Notes: a model not told the origin generated them from the letters alone. 63,083 nucleotides of DNA, filler included, from Licmophora abbreviata (GCA_900291995.1; 9 parts of 9 records of this genome joined end to end with filler, not necessarily neighbours in it); one strand, 5' to 3'; positions 35,205 to 47,428 are shown, counted from the first letter of the whole stretch. Made by a program: numbers and translations.

Positions 35205-37822
35205 TTAAGAAGGGATTCTCCATACTAGATTCTTGACGGGCTGCGGCCCAATGCTCGGAAAGTCCGCAGGCATGGGAACGACACGCTCCAACTTGGCCGA
35301 CGATAGGCCTGCTTCATCGAGACCCTTCTTGCACATTCTCGCAAACTTGATGGGAGTAAGGCTGGCACTGTTGGTGGTGGTCCACAACAGACCACCCCTC
35401 TTCACCAAGGGGGCCGCCAAGGACACCAACGACCCCATGTCCGACTTGACGCTCCAGCGCTTCTTCTTCTTTCCCACGCTGGAGCTAGGAGGGTCCAGAA
35501 TGACAATATCGTATTGCTCTCCTCGTTTGGCCAGACGAGCCAACCAATCAAAGCCTGGAGAAGAAAGGCAAGCGCTCACGTTTGAGAGATTATATATATA
35601 TATATATCATGCAGCGACGCTATTCATCATGCCAACTTACAGTCGCCATAGATACAGTCGTGCCTTTCGTCAAAGACAATCCCGTTGGCCTCCAGTTGCG
35701 GTTCGACTCTATCGAGCCATTTCTTGTTGAGATCCAAGCTCACGGTCGATGCACCGGCCGTTGCCGCGGCAATACTAAAGGCGCCGCAATGAGCAAAGCA
35801 ATTCAGGACACGCGTGCTGTCGTCGCAATGTTTCGCCAGCCAGGCACGCTGGGGGCGCTGGTCCAGAAATATTCCAGTGGATAAATCGCGGTCCAGAGCA
35901 ACGTGGTAGGTGATTCCGTTCTCAAGAATAGGAACCACATCTGGAGCAGGCTCTCCTTCTAGTAGAGTAGGGCGCATGTCTTGTCGTGATCCCATGGCAC
36001 TTCGATCCCGATTAGAGGGGAGATAGTACACTCCAGCGGTATTGCCGTCGTGAATCGATGGCAGGGGGCCTTTGTAGTGCTTGTCGTCGTGCTGAATCAG
36101 AAGCCACTGGTCGTATCTGTCCACTGTCCACCCCTCAAAGCCATCTGCGGCACCATTGACCTCTCGATATGCTGTGGTGAGAGGATTCCTTTTTAGGTCC
36201 AATCGTCCAAGGAAGGATCCTTGGGCGAAATCGTGGTGATTGCGCCGTTCCGCGAGAGTCGCAATGTCGTCAGGAAGCTCTTCAGTCGCTTCTTCGACGT
36301 GATCATCATGCATCAAGCTCGACACCGACAGAGACTGACAGTGTATCAGCCGCCGATCGGCCCGTCGCTCAAGTGGATTTGCGGCAGGATCGCCTCGAAT
36401 TCCGTCTTGAAACTGCGACTGAAGGGGTTGAACAACGCTATTGCACGTGGATGGCTTCTCTAGCATGGTAACGCTCGCTGTCAGCACTGTGTCGTCCATT
36501 CGGTTCTTTCGGAGTTTGGCCACAACATCTATATGTATCAGATCTTTTGGAACGTCGGACTCCTTCCCTCGTCTTGCCCTGGGTGCTAGGAACTTGCCGT
36601 TTCCAACTACGGCCACGTATGTAGCGGAATCGATGAACACATTCTGGACTTTGTCCTTTGGGCATATCACGACAAGACCCGTGTCATCCACACTCGTCGC
36701 ACCAGCAACAGCAGTCCAATACTTGCCTCCTCGAACGGGCGTCCCTTCCGCTGCCTTGAGTTCTTTGAGCCATGCTACCACCGATGGTCGCGCTGTCGAC
36801 GCGAATGACGCACGCTCTTCTCCATCACTACGGTCAGCACGAGCCTGAACCTTAGGAATGTTCTCTGCGGTCGTTGAGTCAGTGTCCATGGATTCGGTTG
36901 CGTCATCAACTGCATCGAAGCCACCTTCTGCTCGAAATTCACCAATCTCTTCGGGTGTCATCACGGCTAGAATATCAGCCTCGTCGTACTCCAGCATGTC
37001 GGCTGATCCATCGTCTTCTTTGAACTTGACACGCTTCATCCGTGTCTTCTTCTTTTTCTTCTTCTCAGGGGATGAGGCCTCACTCTTACGATCCGTTGGT
37101 TCTGCTCGACTGGCATTCGGCACATCAGTCTGCTTCATGCTGCTTTGACTCGGTTTGGTCACCTTGCTAGTTTTCTTTGGAGCGCTACCAACAATGGCCC
37201 ACCCCAGCGGCTTTTCAATAATATACGCCAGAGATCCGCTCACTCCATCCTCATCCCCCACACGCACTGTCCCCACAATCACCGGCTCGACTGCATCCAC
37301 AACGGCATCGACATGTTGCGCTGCCGCATTCACCAACCCCAACTGCCGTGCTTGGTACAGAGGACTCAACTCATTGATCACTTGTTGAGGTTGTGCAGTA
37401 GTAGTTACAGAAGTTTCATTGTTTCTGGGAAGCTTTCCCTGGCGCTCTAGTAGAGCTGCACGCTGTGCAGCATACAGGTATTGTTGTTTCGGCGCCTGTA
37501 CACGTTTTCGAGACCTCGAAGCTTTTTTCTTTTTCTTTGTGTCTTGAAGGTAGTAGGCAGCCGGGTTGTTCTGAATCTGTTCGGCAAGTTCGGCCACGGT
37601 CATTTCGCGACCTTTCTTTTTCTTACTACTACTGCTCCTCCTATTACTAGTATTGCCCCGCTCTGCCGAGGAAAACAGTGCAGTGCAGAATGATGATGCA
37701 TGGTATCTTGTCGCAGGCCCAACGAACGCAAAGCACTGTTCTATCTGACTATGAAGTAGTAGTAGTATTGGCAAAAGAGGAAAAGCAGGACAACGTATTC
37801 TTCTTCTTCTTGTCTGACCCAT
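35205..37822 (-). CDS. Predicted plastid rRNA methyltransferase (RlmI/RlmK family) with a degenerate RluA-like N-terminal domain; exons 37822-35641, 35554-35205
   Basis: AYREVNGAADG.EG.TVDRY, ENG..Y, STGIFLDQR, RVLNCFAHCGAFS, YDIVILDPPS, ADFP. Intron 35640-35555 (GTAAGT..CCAG, containing a (TA)n run). Signal peptide ending CFA-F. Confidence 0.85.
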
Positions 37823-38067
37823 TCTTTTTCAGATTCTCGTCTATCCGTTGACACACGGCTGCTAAGTTTGCAGTCGACAATATTTCAAGGCTATTGCAGT
37901 TTACTTTGTTCGCAACAAGATGATGTCTGCAGCCTGAATTTGTGTCGCCATCATCTTCAAATCAGCCATCTCAAAATTGGAAAGAATTGAATGGCGCGCG
38001 CTTCCCGATAGTCTGGCCATCGTCCGTCAGAGATCATGAATGTCGTGGAGACTTGACTCCGTCGACT

Positions 38068-38167
38068 NNNNNNNNNNNNNNNNNNNNNNNNNNNNNNNNN
38101 NNNNNNNNNNNTTAATTAATTAANNNNNNNNNNNNNNNNNNNNNNNNNNNNNNNNNNNNNNNNNNNN
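38068..38167. other. Assembly gap/linker
   Basis: N44-TTAATTAATTAA-N44. Confidence 0.97.
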
Positions 38168-38234
38168 TGCTCGTGCTGGGTAGCAGGTATCAATGTACAT
38201 AGTAAATACATACTCTTACATTTTATTCAAGTCT

Positions 38235-40529
38235 CTACAGCTCGTCGTCGTCTTTCTTCTTTCTAGATCGCCTACGTCCAAGCAACCCAAACAAGGACCG
38301 AGACCTCCTCATCGCACCCGCTTTCCGTTCCGACAGATCGCTCCGCTCGCGATCCATCTGTTCCATAAAGGACGGCGAGGCTTCCACGAAATGCGCCGCG
38401 TGGTCGTTCTTCAAAGACCTCGTTCTCTTGGGCTCTGCGGCAACTTCCGACGCCTTACGAGGCTCGTCTTGAATGCTCTGTGCCACAGCCTCGCGATTCA
38501 GCAGTGCTGTCTGGGTATGCTCGGCTTCGTCGGCGCCGACCTCGACAGGAGCAAACTCGGCCTTTTCAATGGTCGTCGATTGCTCATTGTTGTCGGCCGA
38601 CGTCACCAATCGCAACCAGGATAGCAAAGGGGTCGCCTTATCGGGCATTGTGTCCACAGCTGACGCTGTATCTCCCTGCAATACAGGTTCACCGCTTTTC
38701 TGTCTGCCGGCTTTCGTATAGATACTTGGGTTGGGGGTTGTAGAATCGTCGGTGCGCGACAAGCCGGGCATGCCTTTCGCTGCATCGCTATCCCTCGCTA
38801 CAATACCACTGTCCTCATCGTCCTCGTCTAGAAAGCCCACCACAAAACTACCATTGTCATCTTCCACCACAGGCTCTGAATACATCATATTGCCACGATC
38901 TTGTGGGGTTGGAGTCACATGAATCTCTTCCGGTCGATCTGGCGTACTGGATTCTGTGGGTGAGGGCAAAGGCTTTTCTTTCCTAATGCTGTTTCGCTTT
39001 CTTCCAAAGAGATGAAACCTTCTATCTTTCTTCTTTTTCCGCTTCTCGTCCACCCTTTGTTTCTCTGTCGGCCCGAGATCCCACGTGATTCCTTCCTCTT
39101 GCGTCTCTTCTCCTTTTTCGTTCTCGTCGCAGTGCGAGAGGACGTCCTCTAGGGAACGCCCATCTGCCAGATCGTCCCAGCTCTCGGCTGTCATGACACG
39201 GGCGTCCAGTGGAGGCGCCGAGACAAAAGTGGGTGGATCGATACGCGAAGGTCCTTCCAGTACAGTTGATCCCCTCATTCCTTCCTTGTCCATGGCAGTT
39301 TTGAGTGCCTTGCCAACATCTTCGCTCGCCTTTACGGATGCAGCATCGTCGTCGTCCTCGTCATTTGACTCGGTCCGTTCAACCTGATCGCCCACGACTG
39401 TGGCAGAAAAGTATTGAATGTCGTGCCGATTGTTCGTCGTCGTGCCCAAGACGACGAGTGCGCCTTCATTGTCTTCCTCCATAGCCGCGGCAGCATCTTT
39501 TTGTTTCAAGCCAGGAGTCGCCTTTTTTCGACGAAACATGATTGTCTTCAATCCCCCGCTTTTCTTCTTGGCGTCCTTTTTTGGCTCCTCCGGCACGATC
39601 GACGGATGATCCGTCTCGGGACACTCTTCCCCCTGTTCTGGTTCGATATTTTCTCCGTCTTGCGAAATAGGAGAAAGGTCCGTGTTGGGTCCGTCGAGAA
39701 CTTCATTGAGTGAAGTAAGACTCCCAAGAGGCCGGTCTTCCTCTTCCTGGAAGGTATTATCGAATCCCAAAGTAGAGAGCGTCGCCTCATCGTCCACAAG
39801 AAAACCACCCCGTCCAATCTGCGTCGGCCTGTCATCCTCCTTCTCAATAACAACAGCAGCACTAGCAGAAGAAGAAGCAAGAATCTTTTCCAAATACACC
39901 AAAGCTCTCTTGGCGTACTCGTCGGCAGTAGCTTCCAGTTGTCGTTCCTCACTTGTAGTAGTATCCACCCAGGACTCGTCCGACCGCAATTTACGTGCCC
40001 CTGCAGCCGCAGCTTCCGCTCGATGCAACAGACTCTCGGCAATCAAGCAAGAATGGACCGTCTCTTGTTGTTGTTGTTGTTGTTGAACCAACTGACGCGC
40101 TTCGGTCGTACATGCAAGGGCCACTTGAATGAATTCTTCCTTGGTTCGTCCCAAGTTTGTTGTTTCGCCGAGTGCTGCTTCCAGAGCTCGTTTCGCATCG
40201 CGAGTCTTTTCGTGAGAATGAGTGACAGAAGCAGATTCATCCAAAAGGTGATGGTCGTCCATGGTGGAAGGAAGGAGCAGGACTCGTGAGGAAGCCTTAT
40301 TGTCATGGGTCGCCATCTTCTTCTTCTTCTTGCTACTACTGTGACGGCGACGAAAGACGGACTGGAGCCCTACGGATTTCTTGTGGCCGTTGCTTGCATC
40401 CTCGTTTTCATGCTCCTCCGTACTACTTATAGTTTCAATCCACTGTGCTTCCTGTCCTGCTTCTGCCATGATCATTCTACTGCTATCGTGGACTGCATCT
40501 GGAGCTAGGATTTCACCGCTGTTTTCCAT
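38235..40529 (-). CDS. Hypothetical acidic, largely disordered protein
   Basis: 2.3-kb uninterrupted ORF; first ATG at 40529; Asp/Glu-rich with basic patches and a poly-Q run. Confidence 0.7.
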   Translation of the reverse strand: MENSGEILAPDAVHDSSRMIMAEAGQEAQWIETISSTEEHENEDASNGHKKSVGLQSVFRRRHSSSKKKKKMATHDNKASSRVLLLPSTMDDHHLLDESASVTHSHEKTRDAKRALEAALGETTNLGRTKEEFIQVALACTTEARQLVQQQQQQQETVHSCLIAESLLHRAEAAAAGARKLRSDESWVDTTTSEERQLEATADEYAKRALVYLEKILASSSASAAVVIEKEDDRPTQIGRGGFLVDDEATLSTLGFDNTFQEEEDRPLGSLTSLNEVLDGPNTDLSPISQDGENIEPEQGEECPETDHPSIVPEEPKKDAKKKSGGLKTIMFRRKKATPGLKQKDAAAAMEEDNEGALVVLGTTTNNRHDIQYFSATVVGDQVERTESNDEDDDDAASVKASEDVGKALKTAMDKEGMRGSTVLEGPSRIDPPTFVSAPPLDARVMTAESWDDLADGRSLEDVLSHCDENEKGEETQEEGITWDLGPTEKQRVDEKRKKKKDRRFHLFGRKRNSIRKEKPLPSPTESSTPDRPEEIHVTPTPQDRGNMMYSEPVVEDDNGSFVVGFLDEDDEDSGIVARDSDAAKGMPGLSRTDDSTTPNPSIYTKAGRQKSGEPVLQGDTASAVDTMPDKATPLLSWLRLVTSADNNEQSTTIEKAEFAPVEVGADEAEHTQTALLNREAVAQSIQDEPRKASEVAAEPKRTRSLKNDHAAHFVEASPSFMEQMDRERSDLSERKAGAMRRSRSLFGLLGRRRSRKKKDDDEL

Positions 40530-41148
40530 ACTCTGGTGGAGGAGCGCAGCAGGACTGAAGAGAGGTCCACAGCGAGAGAAGACGATCCTCCGCGTTGTGC
40601 TTGGCTCGGACACTATGAATAGGAGTACGTTCGTAGGAGGATCATTGCCATTCTATATCAAATACTTTATCATAGAAATCGATACGATCCTTGGGTCGTG
40701 GATCATCAAACATCATCATGGCGACAACTCCAAACTTGAAAACTGTCAGACTTCGAAAATTCAGCGCAGTATTGTCCGTTGAATGTAAACATTACTGACT
40801 GAATGCACACAGCTGCATGCTCGCCAATGAGTCTCTAAGATCTGTAGAAACGGATACTAGCCATTGGTACTGAGTCTACACGACCGTACAGGCGACGGAC
40901 TCGCTCGCTCGCTACCGAATCGCGCCATCGCCCTTTTTGGCTTCCAAGGACCACGCGGTAAAACCCGCGTCCAGGCAAAAAATTGAAGTAGAGTCTATCG
41001 CTGTATTTATTCATTCTCTAGTCTTGACGACGGACTCGACGTGAAGCGTCCCGAAGACTCTGTGAGCCTGCCTTCGCATTGCTGAGAAACACTGTCTTTG
41101 GTGTACAGTAGGTAGTTTCTGGAGTATTGGTCCATTGGGAGAGAAGAA

Positions 41149-44100
41149 ATGCCCTTCTTTGCGCCGCAACAAGAACAAGACAATCGTCGCACTTCCTTTT
41201 CCTTTCTCAAGTACAGTCCAGATCGAAGAAGTACAACGTCCATGAGGAGAACACGAGAACATTCCAAGAAGATTGCTTTGCAGCTTACGCCGACTCAACC
41301 ACAAAGACCATCCGAAGAAGAAGCGGGCGACTTTGCTAATTTTGATGCCTTTTCTCCGCCTACGACTCCTACTACTACGGAAGATGCACGGAGTAGTGTT
41401 GCGAGTAGAAGTCACATTTCTACAGCACACAACACTACTACGAGTAGGAATATAAGGGATGGCGGTAGAATGGTGTCGAGAAGGAGAAAGAGTTCCTTGG
41501 ATGCCTTTGTGGACCAGCAACATCAGCACTCATCGCCACAAACACCATTGCGACAACGAACAAGCGTCGCATCTACCACTACTACTTCTTCTTCCATGCC
41601 CACCTTGCCATCCAACTCTTCCATGCAATCGAGGAATGTCATGCTTCCATCTCCGCGTGGAGCAGCCGCACGACGGCGGATGCGACGACAGGGCAGCGGA
41701 ACTACTATTGGTAGCGATGGCGACTCCTCCTTTCGACAGCCATCGCGCAATCATGGTGTGGATAACCATACGGCGCGTCATGGGATTCCGAGTGCACCGC
41801 CTCTTTCGAGGACGAACTCCAGTGCTTCGACGAATCTATTTGATGATCCGAATGGATTTACCTTTGATGCATTTGGCTTGGATGAGACTCAGGTAGATCA
41901 AGAAGTGAATGCTGCTATTCAAGACTTGGCTGGATCGCATCCGGGTTTATTCGATGCCATGGATATGGCGAGTGACGAAGAGTTTCCCCCGGTGTCGTTT
42001 GATAGCCCTGCGGGAAGTCGTGAGAACAGTCCTTCGATTGTGGAAGAAGATGGTTTTCATCATGTCACTGCAAGCTTCGCGGGCCTTCCTCTGCACGTTC
42101 GTCACAGTTCTACGAGCTCGGATCGGTCCAGTCTCACGAGTAGCAACGAGCATCCTCATGAGGCTGCTGGTGGTGGGATCAACATGTTCAAGGTCCAGGC
42201 TGGATTCCACACGTCCAGTCGACCGCCTCGTACGCCGTCCCCGAATTGGGCCAGTTTTCACGAACGCATGCCGGTTTTGTCGCCTCCCCTGACTGCCAAG
42301 TCGGAACCGGGAGTTGGGCGTCGACCAAAGTTCACGGGAACGCGCCTCACGAGTGAGAGCTTGGAACATCGTGATGAGCCCTTCCGTTCGGTCACGTCCG
42401 AAACGGGAGCACCGCCGTCCAGTGTAGGTGCTCCGTCGGAGGTTGCGGTCGCATCCGATATGGGTGTAGCGTCAGACGTGGTGCTGGAGGCAAGCTCTGA
42501 GGCTGGTATAGTAGTACCTTTGGAAATCGTTTCATCATCAAAGAAGAGCAAGTCTTCTGGCTTTCTGTCGGTTGATACCCGGTCGACCGAAATAACAGGC
42601 GGAGATAGTTTGGAGGAACGAGAGCTACCTCAAAGTGTCAATAACTTGAAGGAGGCATGGGAGCAACGAGAGTTCGAGGAAATGGACAAGGAAGAACAAC
42701 GCCGAAGTGAACGGCAGCGAGCCAGGTCTCCGCTCGATCACACCGACATTGAAAGGCTTCAGACGCAGCTTGGGGAAGAGATTTTGACGCCAGCGGCTGT
42801 GGAAGAGCGATGGCCGTATGCCGGTTCTCGTTTCCCTGCCACAAAGAAGCTTGAGCAGCCTCAGCAGCAGCCAGTTGAAGAAGACGGAAATCAGCAAACA
42901 TCTTTTATGAGCCAGCGAGAACGTCTGAAACCAGTCGCTGCTTCCAGCAAAGAAAGAGCAATATCTTCGTCCCAGTCGGACTTTGTAGGGTATCGATCGT
43001 CGGCATCATTGGAAATGCAGTCCGTTCTAAAACGACTGGAACGAGACACCTCTGATGCGAAGTCCGACGTTGGGGAGACTCCGTATCTGGCGAGAGTGAA
43101 CCACAGCGACGCAAAGGGGCAAAGAAGGCGCTACAATGGGAGCCAACGAAGCAGCCCGTCCAACTACTCGGACGAGTGGAATGACGATCAGGCTCAAGAA
43201 TGGAATGCGATTGCTAGTGATCGACATTCAGATCAAACGTCCAGTGAGGAGTCCGATGCTTTCAAGCCTTCACATCCAAAGCTATCGTATCGCGAACGGC
43301 GTGAGTTGGAACTGAGAAATCAGAAAGAAGATGAACGGCGAACGGCTGAAGTGCGTCGTGATGTGTCTCTGCCGAAGAAGATGACTTATAGAGAACGGCG
43401 TGAATTGGAGCTACAGAAGGAGGCCGAGCAAACACGACAAAGACCTGAAGAACGGGAGAAGGAGCCGGAGCGTGACGTTGCATCGCTCATCAGAAGGCGC
43501 ATTGCGGCGAACAAGAAATATTCTTCTAGATCGGATTCAGCGTTCGCGAACGAGTCCGACAATGTCGCTTCAGTGCAAAGTGAGCTGAAGAAGGTCGTGA
43601 TTGACAAAAGTCCAGATTACAGTGATATGATCACAATCCGCGGTGTTGCTGCCAAGTCCTCGATGTCACCGAGCGACTCCGAGAGCTCGACCACGCGGCA
43701 GGATCGTCGTGGTATTGATGACTCGGTTCGCCGTGGGCTGAGCGAACCCAGTAACTCTCCTGTTATTCCGTCTATGGTTCTAAGCGAAGTCGATAGCTCC
43801 AGTACCGCTCGCACGCTCCCGGAGATTCCGACATCGCACGACACCGCACCTACCGGCCAAGGATCGAGCGTGAGCATCGACGAAAAGAAACAGTACTCAG
43901 CGAGAGCGGTTGACGTCGCCGCCGTAGCTGCTCCTTCGACAAAGTCCATGTTGAACGCTCTGTTCGCAAGTCGGGTGGGTGCAGCCGCTCCACCAGAACC
44001 ACAGCAGGAAAGGAATGTCGAAGCACAACCTTCTTCGAGTGCCACACCTGGCTCTCCGTCGAAAACAGCAGACGACCGACCTGCCCTCAAAGATGATCCA

Positions 44101-46560
44101 AAATATGACAGATACTTTAGAATGTTGAAAGTTGGCATGCCAACGGAGGTAGTCAAGCATGCTATGACTCGTGATGGCGTGGACCCGTCCGTTTTGGATG
44201 GTGATCACAACAAGCCGGCTGGCCAGGGCGGTGTGCCTCTGAAGGAAGATCCCAAGTACACAAAGTATTTCAAAATGCTGAAAATGGGGCTCCCTATGGG
44301 CGCTGTGAAGAACGCGATGGAACGTGATGGGGTTAATCCTTCGATTATGGATGGAGATCACAACGAACCTGCTGGAGCTGGCATGTCCAACGAACAGAAA
44401 GACAAACGAGAGGACGACAAGCCGAAGGACACGCATCGACGCACCCGCCTGCATTGGGAAACTCTTCGCAAAGTCCGATCAAACTCGCTTTGGGCTAAAC
44501 TCGACAACGATCCAGAGGTAGATGAGATCGACATTGACGAGGAGGAGTTCGCTGAGCTCTTTCAGGCAGAACTTACACCCGTGCAGGTAGGCTTCGGCCG
44601 CGCTGGAGGGGCTCTGAAGAAGCGAGGTGCAGCCGTTCGTGTGATCGAGGCGAAGCGAGCGAACAACGGAGGAATCATCTTGGCAAGGCTCAAGATGACT
44701 CACGACGATATGGCGGATGCAGTGGATCGAATCGATGGAAATGGGATGACGTCGGAGCAGATGCAAAACATTATCGAGTATCTTCCTACTAAGGAGGAGC
44801 GGAGTGCCTTAGAAGCTTACATGCTTGAAGGCGGTCAAGATGCAGCCCAAAAGTTCGATGGGTTGTGCGAATGCGAAAAATTCATGGTTTCGATGATGAC
44901 AGTAAAGCATGCCAAGCGCAAGGTTCGAGCTCTCTTGTTCAGACTTCAGTTCGAAGGGTTCCTTGAATCTCTACAGAAGGACACGGACATAGTCGAGACG
45001 TCTTGCGAACAACTGAGCAACTCTGTTCGCCTGCGGAAGCTACTTGGTATCGTTTTAAACCTCGGTAACAAACTGAACACAATTGGAACGCACAGCAAGC
45101 GCAAAGCGGGTGCTTTCTCTTTGAACTCCCTTCTCAAACTGAGTCATGCAAAAGCGTTTGACAAGAAAACGACATTCCTGGACTATGTCGTACTGGTCGT
45201 CCAGAGAAATAATGAGATTCTGCTGCGATTCAAGGACGACATTCCTACTGCTTTGAAGGCAGACAAGATCTATTGGGATCAGTGCCTCGGCGATCTTGAG
45301 GAACTTGAAAACCAGCTTGAGAACGTTCGAAGAATCGCCCTCTACCAGGCTCGCTTGCAGCAGATGTATCGACTCAAAAAGAAGAAAGCTCGTAGTGAGA
45401 TGGACGAGGACAGCGAGAGTTTAGGTGACATGACAATGTCTCTGGACGAGGAAGTCGAAGCACTCCGTGCTACTCAAATCGGCGGGTTTACTCTTGGCGC
45501 CATCAAAAAGGTTTCGAGCTTACGCGACAAAGTGGAAACAACCAAGAAGAAGTTTGCTCGGCTTCTTGAGTACTTTGGCGAAGAAGACAAACGCGACATG
45601 CAGCCACACGACTTGTTCAACATCATTGCGACATTCTCGAGAGATTTTGAGAAGTCCAAGGATCGAGTGTTTGCGAAGGAAAAGATAAAGGTAAGCAGGT
45701 TCTCGGTTTGGTACGGATTTCCTGGAATATCGCAAGCTCTAACGAAGATTGCTTCGATACTTTGATCACAGCAACGGGAGGCACGGAAGCAGAAGGCAAG
45801 TGACAATGCCCAGACGCACCGAACGCCAACGTCTAAAGACCGACTTCCGAGACAGCCTCATCCGTCCAAGTCGGCACCTCCAAAGTTCACTTCGCAGCTG
45901 CACGACGGTCAACAGAAGGGAACCACGGTTAAGCTCCGCTCCTCCAACTTGCAACCCAACATGAGCAGTGTTTTGCGAGACGTGACGTCGAAGAAGGCGT
46001 CACAACGTTGGGAACATGGGTACTCTCCATCGAATGTCCCTAGGTACGGCCAGAATGTTCCTTCTCCTGTCAATCGACCCGGTCGAGTGAATGCGCAGGT
46101 TGTGCAGTCCGCACAATCTGCTGCTAGTACTCCCAATGCGTCACAGTCACCGTCCATGAGCCGTTTATCTGCATCACAGTCGCCACGAGCTCCTGGGAGC
46201 GACAGTTCTCCAAAAAACGGTGTAAAGTGGCAGCAACAGTCTTCCTCCATGGCGAGAGGGTCGAAGAGCACAGATTCGGTGTCCAGGTCGCCCTCGGAAA
46301 CATCGACCCATTCGCGAGCGCGCATGCACCGAAAGTTGGTCCAAGCCGGAAGATCTTCTGCCTCTTCGTTAGCATCCACGACCCAGCCCTCAACTCTGAG
46401 TTCTAAGCCGCAAGCCAATCCTTCCCCAAGTCAAAAACATTATGACACCCAGCAGCTATCGCCTCGCTCAAGCATCCGACAGCGTCGACGAATGGAACAG
46501 CGAAAGCCCACGCAACGTAACGAACGGCCTAGTGACGCACTTCGACTCGAAATGGACTAA
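41149..46560 (+). CDS. Formin (FH2 domain); exons 41149-45690, 45772-46560
   Basis: FH2 motifs RLHWE....SLW, FAELF, KRANNGGIILARL, CEKFM, LRKLLGIVLNLGNKLN, AFSLNSLLKL..AK...KTTFLDY, LLEYFGE. Intron 45691-45771 (GTAAGC..ACAG) is in frame. Confidence 0.92.
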
Positions 46561-47025
46561 TAAAATGCGAAAGCATAACAGATTAAGACCAGTGTATTAA
46601 TACTCCCGTCTAGCTTAACACGTTTCTATGGTTGCAATGGCTAGGTATCTTGTTGTGCTAGACTACGTTGTGCACAAACTTGAAATCCTCTCACGAAAAA
46701 TGGAATTGTGGTGCGACGCTCTGCGAGTTTGAAGTGGAAGTTAGCTGGGCCGCGCTAGACGACTCAAGGTCCTTCTCGCTGCGATTGTACAAGTCTTCAG
46801 AGAGCCTACACACATCGACCGGCGCATATTGGTACTTACCTCCTTACAGTAAGACGTACCTGGTACCTCAACGATCAATGAGCGTCGTATCAAGAGTACG
46901 AGCTCTGCTAAGTCAGATCATTCAGTAGTAAACCAGAACGTGCGCAAGGTAGAATCGAACTACTGGGCCGCCAAGCCCCCAAAGGTTTGAAGCCTTTGCC
47001 CACCACCAGGCAGGATCATGCACAC

Positions 47026-47293
47026 AAAAAGAGGAGTGAGTCCCATGACCAGTGGCGGCTATAATCCCCGTTGAGTGAGTTCAAAAAGAACCAATGGCAT
47101 AACTTTGCTACGGCGGCGATACTGAGGCCGACTCTCCTAGGCTCTTGCGTTCATAGAAACGCCGTCGTCGCACAAGAGCAGCACTCAGATCGGAACCCGT
47201 TTCCGGGCGGCACTCTCTGCCCTTGCGCCCGGGGAATTTCCCCAAGAAGCTTGCCAATAATATGGCGTGCCCTCGGCCGACACGAGCTCCTCT
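47026..47293 (-). ncRNA. RMRP: RNase MRP RNA
   Basis: On the minus strand: CR-I GGGGAAAUUCCCCGG (47243-47229), P8 GGCA-GAGAG-UGCC (47221-47209), P9 CCCG-GAAA-CGGG, CR-IV AAGUUAU, P19 hairpin, CR-V CAACGGGGAUUAU, P1 GUGUCGGC/GCCGCCAC, outer AGAGGAG/CUCCUCU pairing, then a U-tract. Confidence 0.88.
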
Positions 47294-47328
47294 GCATGAG
47301 ACTTTGAGAGAAGTAGTAGTAGAGACGT

Positions 47329-47428
47329 NNNNNNNNNNNNNNNNNNNNNNNNNNNNNNNNNNNNNNNNNNNNTTAATTAATTAANNNNNNNNNNNNNNNN
47401 NNNNNNNNNNNNNNNNNNNNNNNNNNNN
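47329..47428. other. Assembly gap/linker
   Basis: N44-TTAATTAATTAA-N44. Confidence 0.97.

Noticed and set aside
46831..46890. TACTTACCT plus GATCAATGA resembling the U1 snRNA 5' end and loop I
   Set aside because: No AUUGCAC loop II, no Sm site and no U1 stem pattern.
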